Shown here piece by piece: positions 27,999 to 37,715 of a stretch of DNA of 61,290 nucleotides (position 1 is its first letter; every line of letters starts with the position of its first letter). The notes under the pieces were generated by a model. It had not been told where the DNA came from, made no database searches, and saw only the letters and a list, made by a program, of their open reading frames with translations. Origin of the DNA: Candidatus Marsarchaeota archaeon (GTDB lineage: Archaea; Micrarchaeota; Micrarchaeia; Micrarchaeales; CABMGC01); the NCBI GenBank assembly GCA_023476545.1, contig JAMCYP010000023.1, forward strand, positions 1 through 61,290, in the 5' to 3' direction. Both the position numbers and the translations under genes were made by a program.

Positions 27999-28235
27999 CT
28001 AGTTGCCGCTTACCAGCACGGTGTCTGCTACTTTTTTGACGCGCTTGTACTCGATGCCGTTCTTGAACAGGCTTCTTATGAAGTCGCCTGCCTTCGAAGA
28101 GTCTATCTTGCCTAGGAGCAGGTGCGATACCTCGCCGCTCTCCACGTCAACCACTACCTCTCCAACCTCACCTATCCAGTGGCCCGTAGCGGATATTATC
28201 TTCTTGCCGTATAGTTCAGATATGCTTATTGTCAT
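27999..28235 (-). CDS. PRC-barrel domain protein
   Basis: 78 aa from the internal ATG (MTISISELYGKKIISATGHWIGEVGEVVVDVESGEVSHLLL...), a typical PRC-barrel pattern. The rest of the 175-aa ORF-track entry overlaps the upstream gene. The start overlaps that gene's stop (ATGA). Confidence 0.75.
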   Translation of the reverse strand: MTISISELYGKKIISATGHWIGEVGEVVVDVESGEVSHLLLGKIDSSKAGDFIRSLFKNGIEYKRVKKVADTVLVSGN

Positions 28236-28792
28236 GCGGTCGCCTTTATCACAAGTTCCTTGATATTCTGAGATGCAAAACTTCTTATTATATTGTTCCT
28301 CACGGTGCTGACAAAGTCTCTGCTCTCGGAATTCTCGCCCTTCTCCATCGCTATGTACTTTGAATAGCGAGAGATGAGGGTTTTGATGTAGTCGTTCCCA
28401 ACAAGACAGAACCTGCCGCCGCACGATGTGCACGCGAATATGGGCACTACTGGAATCTCTTGCAGTGTAGATGTATCCTCGGTGTCGAGTTCTCTTGCAA
28501 TAGTACTGCCTCCGCACGCTGTGCACCTAGCCGCTGCAATGACTCTCTCAAACTCACCCGTGTCGATTATCTCGAGAGTCCCGAACCCGGTAAGGTACAT
28601 ATCAAGAGCAGTGCCCGCGTTTCTGGTGCGCTCGTTCTCAACCCTGTCAACTATCTCGCCGCTTGTCCTGAACTTGCTGACAAGGCTGCCCCAGGCTGTC
28701 GGTTCCGCCACGCAGAACACCATGCCCTCTTTGCTCTTGAAGTTATCAGTTCGCAGTCGCCTGTCAGGGCTCCTGCGTGCTTTAATCCTCAT
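28232..28792 (-). CDS. hypothetical Zn-ribbon protein
   Basis: 186 aa (alternative start at 28723). Two CxxC pairs, 'CTACGG' ... 'CTSCGG'. Overlaps the 3' end of the histone gene by 11 nt. Confidence 0.55.
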   Translation of the reverse strand: MRIKARRSPDRRLRTDNFKSKEGMVFCVAEPTAWGSLVSKFRTSGEIVDRVENERTRNAGTALDMYLTGFGTLEIIDTGEFERVIAAARCTACGGSTIARELDTEDTSTLQEIPVVPIFACTSCGGRFCLVGNDYIKTLISRYSKYIAMEKGENSESRDFVSTVRNNIIRSFASQNIKELVIKATA

Positions 28793-29027
28793 TCAACCCA
28801 CTTTTCATTACGCATTCCTCGATGTCCGCCTTTGTTATCTTTGCCCTCTTCTGCTTTTTCGCGTTGCTTACAGCCAGCCTAGATATCCTTTTGGCTTTCC
28901 TCTCAAGCTCGCGCGCCATCGCGAGCGCAGCATCGTCCGTTATCTTAAGGCCGAACGACTGCATCATCATTCTCTTTATGGCTTGTTTAGGTATGGTTGC
29001 CATTTCAGCACTCAAGATCTTCATCAC
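28782..29027 (-). CDS. archaeal histone-fold protein
   Basis: 'IPKQAIKRMMMQSFGLKITDDAALAMARELERKAKRISRLAVSNAKKQKRAKITKADIEECV' follows the alpha1-L1-alpha2-L2-alpha3 pattern of HMf-type histones. The start could be any of three nearby Met codons. Confidence 0.75.
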   Translation of the reverse strand: MMKILSAEMATIPKQAIKRMMMQSFGLKITDDAALAMARELERKAKRISRLAVSNAKKQKRAKITKADIEECVMKSGLNED

Positions 29028-29138
29028 GGATCAGAAGAGAGTTCATCACTCTACTATTTTGGAGCGTTATTTTTAATAGCTTGCCTGCACGGCGCGAGAA
29101 ACAAAACACAAGGAACGGATATAAACGTCCAATTCTCA

Positions 29139-29600
29139 ATGGGTACGATAAAGATGACAAGCAAAGTAAGATCGTTAACCGCTTCAGACCTTGAGAAGAT
29201 AGGATGGAACCCTACGCCTTATGGCGCCAAGATAGTAAGCCCCGACGAACCCGGCTCTGTCTTCATAAGGCTAGATCCCGGGCGCGACACTGCCGCAGGG
29301 CAGCCAGAAGGCAACATTGTCAGGGTGCTGCGCAAGGCCGGCGGCGAGGAACTTCTCAGAAAACACGAGACGACAAAGAGCGAGCTGGTCGAGGTCATGA
29401 AGGGATACGTGGACTACATCTCCCTGGTCGACGGAAAGCTCACCAAGACCACGTTCGGCCCATGCGACTACTTCACCTCAATAGCAGGAGACCCGGAGCG
29501 AACAGGAAACCTGCACACGATCCGATGCAACGGAACCACAAGCGCAATACTGTGCATCAAGGCCGTACCTCTCGAGATAAAAACGGAGAAGAGAAAGTAG
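29139..29600 (+). CDS. hypothetical protein
   Basis: Only the last 153 codons of the 390-aa ORF 28428..29600 lie outside antisense overlap. An ATG at 29139 follows an AT-rich intergenic stretch. No motif recognised. Confidence 0.5.
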   Translation: MGTIKMTSKVRSLTASDLEKIGWNPTPYGAKIVSPDEPGSVFIRLDPGRDTAAGQPEGNIVRVLRKAGGEELLRKHETTKSELVEVMKGYVDYISLVDGKLTKTTFGPCDYFTSIAGDPERTGNLHTIRCNGTTSAILCIKAVPLEIKTEKRK

Positions 29601-29668
29601 TTGGGTTTAGCACCACGGCTAGCTAAGCAATATATATTTTTAGAAACATAAAGTTATTCCGTGATCTA

Positions 29669-29986
29669 TTGGTGAAAGATGTAAATTCTGCGGATTTTGA
29701 TGCTGAGGTACTGAAATCAAAGACGCCAGTGATTGTTGACAACTGGGCTCCGTGGTGCGGCCCATGCCGAATCTTCACGCCAGTTCTGGAAGAGGTGGCG
29801 AAGGAGTATGATGGCAAGGTCAAGTTCGTCAAGCTGAACACTGATGACAACCAGGACGTGGCAGCGCAATACAACATAATGAGCATACCCACCGTCCTTC
29901 TCTTCGAGAAGGGGGAGGTGAAGGCGATGTCAGTTGGTGCGATACCGAAGGCAGAGTTCAAGAAGTGGCTCGACGGTAACCTCTAG
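29669..29986 (+). CDS. trx: thioredoxin
   Basis: 105 aa with active site 'WAPWCGPC' and the typical 'KLNTDDN...A..Y.I.SIPT' pattern. Starts at TTG 29669 or GTG 29672. Confidence 0.92.
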   Translation: MVKDVNSADFDAEVLKSKTPVIVDNWAPWCGPCRIFTPVLEEVAKEYDGKVKFVKLNTDDNQDVAAQYNIMSIPTVLLFEKGEVKAMSVGAIPKAEFKKWLDGNL

Positions 29987-30054
29987 ACCACAGGGCAGCT
30001 CAATCCGCCCGCTTTCCTTAATAACTCTTTATACCCAAAGAGATAGTAGATACG

Positions 30055-31323
30055 ATGCCTGAGGACACGCCGCGTGGAGTAAGGGACTTTTCCCCAGCCG
30101 AGGCAATCTCGCTAAGGTACATAACCGGCGTCGTAGAGGAGGTGTTCAAGCGCTTCGGCTTCTACCCGCTGGAAACGCCCGCAATCGAGAACATCAGCAC
30201 GCTCAATGCGAAGGACCAGTACAGCGAAGAGCAGCAGAAGGAGATCTTCACAATGAAGGACGAGCAGACCGGCCTGAGATACGACTTCACCGTGCCTCTC
30301 GCAAGATACGTCGCTTCCAACAAGGACATCTCACTTCCGTTCAAGAGATACCAGATAGGCAACGCCTGGCGCAGAGACGAACCGCAGAGGATGAGGTACA
30401 GGGAGTTCATGCAGGCCGATGTGGATGTGGTCGGCAGCGCAGAGCCTGACAGCGATGCTGAGGTCATAGCGGCGACTGCGCTTGCCATAGAGGAGACTGG
30501 AATACGGGACTATGCCGTGCTGGTCAGCAGCCGCGAACTGTTGAGGCAAGTTATACTCGGCTTCGGCGTGCCAGCGGATAAGGAGGCGCAGGCGGTCAGG
30601 ATAATTGACAAGCTACAGAAGATAAAGAGGGATGAGGCGCTGGCGCAGCTGTCCGAGCTGGCTAAGGGCCAGGATGCCGAGAGGCTGCTCGGTTTCATGG
30701 AGCAGGAAGGCAGCAACGAGGAGATGCTGCAAAAGATAGCTGCCAATATTGAAGGCTCAAAGGCTTTGGTCGAGAGGATGCAGGAACTGCTCAAGCTGCT
30801 GGGTTCGTACAGGCTGAATGGCAAGGTAGTGTTCGATATGACGCTGGCACGCGGTTTCGACTACTATACTGGTTTTGTATGGGAGTTTGCAGTGGAGGAG
30901 AACGGCAGGCGCTCTCTCAGCATAGGCGGAGGCGGGAGGTACGACGGACTGATAGGAATATACTCGAAGAGGGCCACGCCGGCAACAGGGTCTTCGCTAG
31001 GCATAAGCAGGATGTTCGAGATACTTAATGGCGCATCAAAGAAGACATACGCGAAGGTGTTCGTGGCGTACATAGGCCAGCAGAACCGCGATTACGCGCT
31101 AAACGCGGCCACAGAGATGCGCGGCAACGGCATATACGTGGATTTGAACACGAGCAGCAAGAACATCTCAAAGCAGCTCGAGTATGCAGGCTCTCTCGAC
31201 ATACCCAACGTGCTCATAGTGGGTGACCAGGAACGGCAGGCCAACAAGGTGAAACTGAGGAACATGCAGACTGGCGAGGAAGGTCTTATTACATTGCAGG
31301 AGGCAATAGAGAAACTGAAGTGA
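30055..31323 (+). CDS. hisS: histidine--tRNA ligase
   Basis: 'PRGVRDFSPAEA', motif 2 'FKRYQIGNAWRRDEPQRMRYREFMQADVD', motif 3 'GGGGRYDGL'. C-terminal anticodon-binding domain. Confidence 0.92.
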   Translation: MPEDTPRGVRDFSPAEAISLRYITGVVEEVFKRFGFYPLETPAIENISTLNAKDQYSEEQQKEIFTMKDEQTGLRYDFTVPLARYVASNKDISLPFKRYQIGNAWRRDEPQRMRYREFMQADVDVVGSAEPDSDAEVIAATALAIEETGIRDYAVLVSSRELLRQVILGFGVPADKEAQAVRIIDKLQKIKRDEALAQLSELAKGQDAERLLGFMEQEGSNEEMLQKIAANIEGSKALVERMQELLKLLGSYRLNGKVVFDMTLARGFDYYTGFVWEFAVEENGRRSLSIGGGGRYDGLIGIYSKRATPATGSSLGISRMFEILNGASKKTYAKVFVAYIGQQNRDYALNAATEMRGNGIYVDLNTSSKNISKQLEYAGSLDIPNVLIVGDQERQANKVKLRNMQTGEEGLITLQEAIEKLK

Positions 31324-31327
31324 AGCG

Positions 31328-31846
31328 ATGGCTAACGAAGGAAAGAAGGAAGTGGAGGAGGTGACGCAGCGCGCCCTGGATAAGGGGGGGCTGCTCGTGC
31401 AGCTCTACTTCGACATGGAGAGCGAGAAGCAAGAGGACCTGCAACCATTGATGGTAGACCTGATAAACAACAGGCTGCTCAAGACGCAGGGCGTCGTATA
31501 CTGCTTCGGCGCAATAGACGAGCCAATGAAGCTGAAGGACACATACTCCACGAGCGCGCAGGTAACCGCGCTGTTCGACAGCATCTGGTCGCTCATAAAG
31601 GTCATGTTTGATTTTACTCCAGCTGGGGTCGAGATACTCAAGCCGACAAAGGACTACGTACTGAAGCAGCCAGAGCTCCAGGCGATACTGCTCAACGTGG
31701 CACAGGTCTCACTTGACTACAGCAACTACATACTCAGCAGGGTGCTGAAGAAGGAAGATTACGACAGGATAATGGAGCAGATGCGCAAGAGAGAGGAGCT
31801 CGGCAAGCGGCTGCTCGACAAGAAGGAGAAGCCCGACGGCAAGTAG
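31328..31846 (+). CDS. hypothetical protein
   Basis: 172 aa, wedged between hisS and aspS with 4-8 nt spacers. No motif recognised. Confidence 0.5.
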   Translation: MANEGKKEVEEVTQRALDKGGLLVQLYFDMESEKQEDLQPLMVDLINNRLLKTQGVVYCFGAIDEPMKLKDTYSTSAQVTALFDSIWSLIKVMFDFTPAGVEILKPTKDYVLKQPELQAILLNVAQVSLDYSNYILSRVLKKEDYDRIMEQMRKREELGKRLLDKKEKPDGK

Positions 31847-31854
31847 GTCTGTGC

Positions 31855-33144
31855 ATGCTTAGAACGCATTACGTGAACCAACTGAGCAAGGAGATGGACG
31901 GCCAGGAGGTCACGCTCGCCGGATGGGCCCACGAGGTGCGCGAGACGGCAAACATCACCTTCCTTCTCGTCAGGGACAACACCGGCGTCGTGCAGGTGGT
32001 CGGGAAGAAGGGCGCGGTTCCGGACTCGGTAATCAGCAGCATGTCAGTGCCCAAAGAGAGCGTTCTGCGGATTGTTGGAAAGGTTGCAGCTAACGCGGAA
32101 GCCAAGAAGGGATTCGAGATAGTGCCCGCGAGCGTCGAAAATCTCAACCCGCTCCAGGACAAGATACCGTTCGAGGTCACGGGCAAGGTGCCGGCAGAGA
32201 TAGACGTCAGGCTGAACCACAGGTACATCGACCTGCGCAGGGCCGGGCCCACGGCGATCTTCAAGATACAGTCCACGCTACTCGGCGCGTTCAGGGAAGG
32301 CCTCGCAAAGAAGGGATTCCAGGAGATACGAACGCCTTCGATAATAGCCGAGGCGAGCGAGGGCGGCTCAGATCTATTCAGCGTCAAGTACTTCGAGCGC
32401 GACGCGTATCTCGCGCAGTCGCCGCAGCTCTACAAGCAGCTCGCGGTCATAGGAGGCATGGACAAGGTGATGATGGTCGTGCCTGTTTTCAGGGCGGAGA
32501 AGTCAAACACCACCTATCACATAACAGAGTGCACGCAGATGGATATCGAGATGGGCTTTGCATCTCCGGAGGACGCCATCGCGGTGCTCTGCGACACCTT
32601 CCTGTACATGCTCAAGCAGGTAAGGAAGAGGAACAAGGCTGAGTTCGAACAGTTCGGCGAGAAGTTCCGTGTGCCAAAGATAAAGACGGTCACGTACGCA
32701 GAAGCGATAGAGGCGCTCAAGAAGAAAGGACATGACATAGAACTGGGCCACGACTTCTCCCGAGACCATGAGCAGGGACTGCAGAAACTTTACGGCGACG
32801 CCGTTCTTGTCAGGGACTTCCCAACAACCCTGCGGGCGTTCTACTCCATGCCGAAGGAGGACAACCAGGAACTCACAAACAGCTACGATCTTATATACAA
32901 AGGGCTGGAGATCTGCAGTGGCGCGCAGCGTATACACAAGCCAGAGCTGCTCGTCAGTTCGCTGGAGAAGAAAGGACTGGATCCCAAAGCATTCGAGAGC
33001 TACATAAGCGCGTTCAAGTATGGGGCGCCGCCTCATGCTGGCTGGAGCATAGGACTTGAGAGGCTCACGATGCAGGTTTGCGGCGTGCAGAACATAAGGG
33101 AGGCGTCTCTCTTCCCGCGCGATAGGAACAGGCTCACGCCCTGA
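31855..33144 (+). CDS. aspS: aspartate--tRNA ligase, archaeal type (discriminating status unknown)
   Basis: N-terminal OB 'VTLAGWAHEVRETANITFLLVRDNTGVVQVV'. Class II motifs 'FRAEKSNTTYHITECTQMDIE' and 'GAPPHAGWSIGLERL'. Confidence 0.92.
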   Translation: MLRTHYVNQLSKEMDGQEVTLAGWAHEVRETANITFLLVRDNTGVVQVVGKKGAVPDSVISSMSVPKESVLRIVGKVAANAEAKKGFEIVPASVENLNPLQDKIPFEVTGKVPAEIDVRLNHRYIDLRRAGPTAIFKIQSTLLGAFREGLAKKGFQEIRTPSIIAEASEGGSDLFSVKYFERDAYLAQSPQLYKQLAVIGGMDKVMMVVPVFRAEKSNTTYHITECTQMDIEMGFASPEDAIAVLCDTFLYMLKQVRKRNKAEFEQFGEKFRVPKIKTVTYAEAIEALKKKGHDIELGHDFSRDHEQGLQKLYGDAVLVRDFPTTLRAFYSMPKEDNQELTNSYDLIYKGLEICSGAQRIHKPELLVSSLEKKGLDPKAFESYISAFKYGAPPHAGWSIGLERLTMQVCGVQNIREASLFPRDRNRLTP

Positions 33145-33166
33145 CCGCGGCTTTCTGAAGGCGGGC

Positions 33167-34270
33167 TTACCTTGCCATTCCCCTAAGAAAGAATCGTTTG
33201 AGCATGAGGCTCGGCCTGTCCATGTCCCCGTACTCTGAGAAGAATCCCTCGAAGCCCAGCGTCTTTGATATGTTCATCAACATGCCGATCTTCTTCGCGT
33301 CAAGAGAAGAATAGAGACGGTTGACCAGTCCGTGCAGCGCAATATCTGTGCCGAATCCCTTCTTGAACAGCCTCTCGTACGTGTCCAGCCTCTTCCCGCC
33401 GCGTATGTGCTCTGCTACAACCGAAGCCGCAAGCTTCGCTGCGCTGCCCCCGAACACTATGCCCCCTCCGGTGGTAGGTTTCACCTGCCCCGCGGCGTCG
33501 CCTACAAGCAGCACCTCGTTCTTTTCATCGACCACGCTCCTTGCGGTCTGCATAGGTATCATGCTTGCGTAGCCTTCCATCAGCCTGGCTCCTTGCAGCA
33601 TTCTCACGATCTCGTCCTTCTTGACGAATCTGTCGAATGCAGCCTTGCTGTTTCCGTGCTGTGCCCCTATGCCTATGCCCACCTCTAGTATGTCCTTTGC
33701 GTTTGGGCAGGTCCACGCGAAGAACTTCGGCGCGAGCGAATTGTCGAAGAAGAGATCTACAGTCTTTTCGTCCTCTACATCAACGTTGAACTCCGCCTTG
33801 TACGTAAGCGTGTACTTCTTGATGGCTCCCATGGAAAAGAACCTGGCAACCTCAGACACAGGACCGTCCGCGCCCACTATTACGCTCTCGCTGTGGAGCT
33901 CTTCCAGCTTCTTGGCGTCTATCCTTGACCCGGCAAGTACACTGGCGCCAGCTCGTGCCGCTTCATCTTGGCATATCTCATTCAACCTGACCCTGTCAAG
34001 CACATGCGCTTGTGCACCCTTGGCCATTATGCGCATAACCGCCTCTCCCGCATGTATGTTGGCTCCATAGAGGGTGTTGGTTACTGCTTTCTCGTACCCT
34101 ATGCCCAGGCTCTTGAGCCCGTTTATCGAGATTATCCCGCTGGCCTTGGCCGGGTAGCCAAGCTTGGTCTTCTGGTCGTAGACATTCGTACGTATTCCGT
34201 AGCCGGCGAGGTCCTTCGCGGCTATGAGCCCAGAAGTTCCGGCACCGATTACCGCCACACTGTCCTTCAT
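33167..34270 (-). CDS. geranylgeranyl reductase family FAD-dependent oxidoreductase
   Basis: Rossmann 'VAVIGAGTSGLIAAKDLA', 'VGADG' and 'LLVGDAAGQVKPTTGGGI'. Confidence 0.85.
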   Translation of the reverse strand: MKDSVAVIGAGTSGLIAAKDLAGYGIRTNVYDQKTKLGYPAKASGIISINGLKSLGIGYEKAVTNTLYGANIHAGEAVMRIMAKGAQAHVLDRVRLNEICQDEAARAGASVLAGSRIDAKKLEELHSESVIVGADGPVSEVARFFSMGAIKKYTLTYKAEFNVDVEDEKTVDLFFDNSLAPKFFAWTCPNAKDILEVGIGIGAQHGNSKAAFDRFVKKDEIVRMLQGARLMEGYASMIPMQTARSVVDEKNEVLLVGDAAGQVKPTTGGGIVFGGSAAKLAASVVAEHIRGGKRLDTYERLFKKGFGTDIALHGLVNRLYSSLDAKKIGMLMNISKTLGFEGFFSEYGDMDRPSLMLKRFFLRGMAR

Positions 34271-34322
34271 ATGAACGTACCATATTGTGTTTCTAGCTAT
34301 AAAAACTCAGAGCATAGCGCGG

Positions 34323-34502
34323 CTATCTGAGTGATTCTCTTACTTGCAGGCTGAATTTAGAATCGGTGTTGAGCTCCTCCTTCGTCTTCTCGTCGAAACC
34401 CCTCTCCAGACTTGCGCAGAGCAGGCACTTCTTGCTGATGGCCTCCTCTTCCCCGTCGAGCTCCCTTCCGCATCTCCTGCACGAAAACAGCTCGTCCACC
34501 AT
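34323..34502 (-). CDS. small CxxC...CxxC zinc-ribbon protein (hypothetical)
   Basis: 59 aa from the internal ATG (MVDELFSCRRCGRELDG...KKCLLCASLE). Small size and no homology check, so tentative. Confidence 0.35.
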   Translation of the reverse strand: MVDELFSCRRCGRELDGEEEAISKKCLLCASLERGFDEKTKEELNTDSKFSLQVRESLR

Positions 34503-34634
34503 TCTTGCTTGCTGCCAGGTTCTCAAGCGCCCCCTCTTAAATTAGCACCAGTCTGCATATAAATGTAGCCATCCCGAAGCTTCTCGCAAGAGTTATAATA
34601 GCGTGGCTCGAGATAGTAGGTAAGACTGGTACCA

Positions 34635-37600
34635 ATGTCGCTAATTGTCTCAGCGCTAGTGGCTTTAATATCAATAATTCTTCCAGGTTTCTTCCTAGCC
34701 CTCGCGCTGCTGAAGAAGACGAAGCTGAACATGATCGAGATATCGATCATAGGATTCATGTTTGGTTTGATCTTCCCCCCTACGCTCACGTGGCTCGAGT
34801 CGTACCTCATGAACTACGTGCACGCGTTCACATTCTCGTCAGCACTCTACGGCACCAACGTAATCCTGCTTACCATAATTGGAATAGCGCTCTGCGTGCA
34901 GCAGGGCGTACTGAACATCGGATTCGGAAGCACAACGAAGTCGGAGGGCGAGATCGCCCACCAGGCCACAGCCGCATACAAGAAGAGGCTTGTCGCCCTG
35001 CGCGTCAGGATCGCAGAATTGAGCATAGAGTCAAACCTGGTCAGGGACCACGAGAAGGAGGAAGAGGAGCTGGTCAGGCGCCACGCAGAGGAGAACGCGA
35101 GGATGAGGTCGCTCCCGCAGGAGGAACGCGCAAAGCTTGAGGCCATGCATGCTGCGGAGGAGAAGAAGCTGTTGGAGGAGCACGAACGAGAGGAGCGAAC
35201 GCTAGTCTCCGGAGGCAGCAAGAAGGACAGGAACACAAAGATCATCTGGGGCCTGCTCATCTTCCTCATGCTGCTCACGTTCGCCACGCGCATGATGAGC
35301 CTCGGCATAACTCCACACTTCTTCGAGTTCGATCCTTACTTCGACATGCAGAGCACAGAATTCATACTTATCCACGGTTACCAATGGCTCTACGACCACT
35401 CGGCGTGGCCCACCGCGATAAACGGTACCCCCCACAGGATCGAACCCATAGTCCCATATCTTGAATCATACTGGTACCAGATAAGCAACCCTCCCGCTAA
35501 TCAGATCGACCAAACACTATTGAGCGACGTCAGCGGCGTCTATCCGCCCATCACTGCTGCGCTTCTCGTGTTCATCGTGTTCATGTTCTTATACCATATG
35601 TACGGGGACATCCCTGCTATCATAGGAGCCGCACTAGCGTCAGCGATGCCCGCCCTCATTACCACTTTCGTAGCAGGCGAACAACTGGTCGAACCATGGG
35701 GCATCTTCGCCATGTTCTTCTTCTATGCAGCCTACTTGCTGGCTGCGCAGAACCCCAAGGAGAAGAGGTTCGCCATACTTGCTGGCATAGCATTCGCAGC
35801 CTCTTTCCTAGGAGCCCACTACTACACTGTAATTGCGGGAGTCTTCGCCATCTACATAGCCCTGCAGGGAATCATCGACGTCCTCAGGAAGAGAGAGATG
35901 CGCGATTTCTACACAATGAACCTGATAGTAATAGGCATAATCATCCTGTTCTACATCCCGTTCGGCCCCTACGGCTCAGTGTTGGCAAACAAGATACCGA
36001 GCGTTGCAGGTATACCGGTCATAATCTCATTCCCGCTTCTCTCCTTGTTGTTCGTCTTCCTTCTAGAGAAGCTTCCGCAGCTTGCCAAGAAACAGGGGCT
36101 GATAAACAAGGCTGATCTCTCAACTTACTTGGAGACTCTCGCAGGCTTGGGCATACTGGCCCTGGTGCTCATCCTCTTCACTCCTCTGGGCACATCAGTA
36201 GACAGGTACATTGCGCTAAGCTCCCACTACACCACTCCCTCGATAGCTCTCTTCATGACGGTGCAGGAATACGCGCCCACGGGATTCAACTTTGACTTTG
36301 GTTCCGCAGGCTTTGGCCCAATAGGCGCAAGCGCATTCGGAGTCAATGCAATAGTCTGGTTCGTGCTCATAATCTTCACCGCGCTGGCAGTTGTCGCTGT
36401 GTACAAGCGAGATTCCAAGGGGGGAATACTCGCCATAGCCGCGGTGTGGCCGCTGGCTGTAGCCGGCATGATAGAGATAAAGTACCTGCCGCACTTCGGC
36501 GTAGGATACATACTGGCCTTTGGCATAATTATCGGCGAACTCCTCCTCATGTCAAAAGGCAAGGGAGAAAGAACGGGAAGGATGGCGATCATAGGATTTG
36601 CGGTCCTGATCGTGCTTCTGGAATCAACCTCATTTGTGAGTATCTTCTCAGCCGTCGGGGTTCCGTGCTCAACGATTGGAACTCAGGGCAACTCGCTAGG
36701 ATACGATCTGTTCTGCAACGTAGTTTCCAACTCCTGGATCAACGCACTTTCTTGGATGAAACAGAACGTAGGGCCCAACGCGCCAAGAGTGCTCTCGTGG
36801 TGGGACTATGGCGATTGGATCAACTGGTTCGGCAACAGCAACGCTGTCCTGAGAGGCGACAACGCGATAGCACTGCTCGACTATAAGACAGCGGCAAGGT
36901 ACGTCCTCGGACAGCAGGACGGCTACGGACCTTCCAATCTAGCGAACTTCTCGAACAACGTAGTCGACGCAAAGTACGTGGTGTTCGACAACCAGCTCAC
37001 CGCCAAGTGGCAGGCCTTGGACTTCCTTGCATGCGTTGGCACAAACCAGACAAGCAGAGCATATGCCATACAAGCTGGCAATGGATCAGGACAACCGTAT
37101 CTGCTCGGTACCTCCCAATGTGAACTCAACCACGATCCAGCGTACGTGCTGCTGCCGCTGTCCACCAGCAACATAAACAATTACTGTCAGTTCAGCAACA
37201 ACAAGATATCTGCGCTCAAGACAGTGATGTTGGTAGGGAACCAGGTTTCTAACCAGACCTACTGCACGCCTACAAACTTCACCACCGGCTCAGTGCGCCT
37301 CCTGGACTCGAACGGCAACGAGACCAACATACTCCTTGTTCCCTCGCAGCAGTTCTACGCAGGGCTCAATACGTTCGGTGGGCAGCAGTTCCTCACGTTC
37401 ATACCGCTCTATCTGCCGAACGGCCCCAACAACACCATAACCGACGCGCCGACCGAGTTCTACAACTCCAACTACTACCGCGCGTTCTACATGGGCAACC
37501 TGCCAGGGTTCCATATAGTATACCCTGACAACTTCACCGGCGTGAACTACGTCAATGGCACGTGGCCTGTGGTTATCTACGCCCTTGACAACTACACCGG

Positions 37601-37664
37601 CCCGCTGCCCATCGTGACGCCAAAGCCTGCGTGGGTGGTGAATAACTTCACGATGCCTGGCTGA
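34635..37664 (+). CDS. aglB: oligosaccharyltransferase AglB (STT3 family) with an N-terminal extension
   Basis: 1009 aa. EL1 acidic motif 'FEFDPYFD', many TM helices and the hallmark 'WWDYGDW'. Sequon-rich C-terminal soluble domain. The first ~200 aa are 3 TM helices plus an E/R/K-rich coiled coil, ahead of the canonical TM1. Confidence 0.9.
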   Translation: MSLIVSALVALISIILPGFFLALALLKKTKLNMIEISIIGFMFGLIFPPTLTWLESYLMNYVHAFTFSSALYGTNVILLTIIGIALCVQQGVLNIGFGSTTKSEGEIAHQATAAYKKRLVALRVRIAELSIESNLVRDHEKEEEELVRRHAEENARMRSLPQEERAKLEAMHAAEEKKLLEEHEREERTLVSGGSKKDRNTKIIWGLLIFLMLLTFATRMMSLGITPHFFEFDPYFDMQSTEFILIHGYQWLYDHSAWPTAINGTPHRIEPIVPYLESYWYQISNPPANQIDQTLLSDVSGVYPPITAALLVFIVFMFLYHMYGDIPAIIGAALASAMPALITTFVAGEQLVEPWGIFAMFFFYAAYLLAAQNPKEKRFAILAGIAFAASFLGAHYYTVIAGVFAIYIALQGIIDVLRKREMRDFYTMNLIVIGIIILFYIPFGPYGSVLANKIPSVAGIPVIISFPLLSLLFVFLLEKLPQLAKKQGLINKADLSTYLETLAGLGILALVLILFTPLGTSVDRYIALSSHYTTPSIALFMTVQEYAPTGFNFDFGSAGFGPIGASAFGVNAIVWFVLIIFTALAVVAVYKRDSKGGILAIAAVWPLAVAGMIEIKYLPHFGVGYILAFGIIIGELLLMSKGKGERTGRMAIIGFAVLIVLLESTSFVSIFSAVGVPCSTIGTQGNSLGYDLFCNVVSNSWINALSWMKQNVGPNAPRVLSWWDYGDWINWFGNSNAVLRGDNAIALLDYKTAARYVLGQQDGYGPSNLANFSNNVVDAKYVVFDNQLTAKWQALDFLACVGTNQTSRAYAIQAGNGSGQPYLLGTSQCELNHDPAYVLLPLSTSNINNYCQFSNNKISALKTVMLVGNQVSNQTYCTPTNFTTGSVRLLDSNGNETNILLVPSQQFYAGLNTFGGQQFLTFIPLYLPNGPNNTITDAPTEFYNSNYYRAFYMGNLPGFHIVYPDNFTGVNYVNGTWPVVIYALDNYTGPLPIVTPKPAWVVNNFTMPG

Positions 37665-37715
37665 CGGCCAGCGATCAAGCTCAAGCCTTAAATTCTTTGA
37701 CTACCAACCACCAGC

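Noticed and set aside
28428-29138. First two thirds of the 390-aa + strand ORF 28428..29600
   Set aside because: It runs antisense to three well-supported minus-strand genes (PRC barrel, Zn-ribbon protein, histone) and has Ser/Leu/Arg-rich shadow-ORF composition. Only the part from ATG 29139 is kept.
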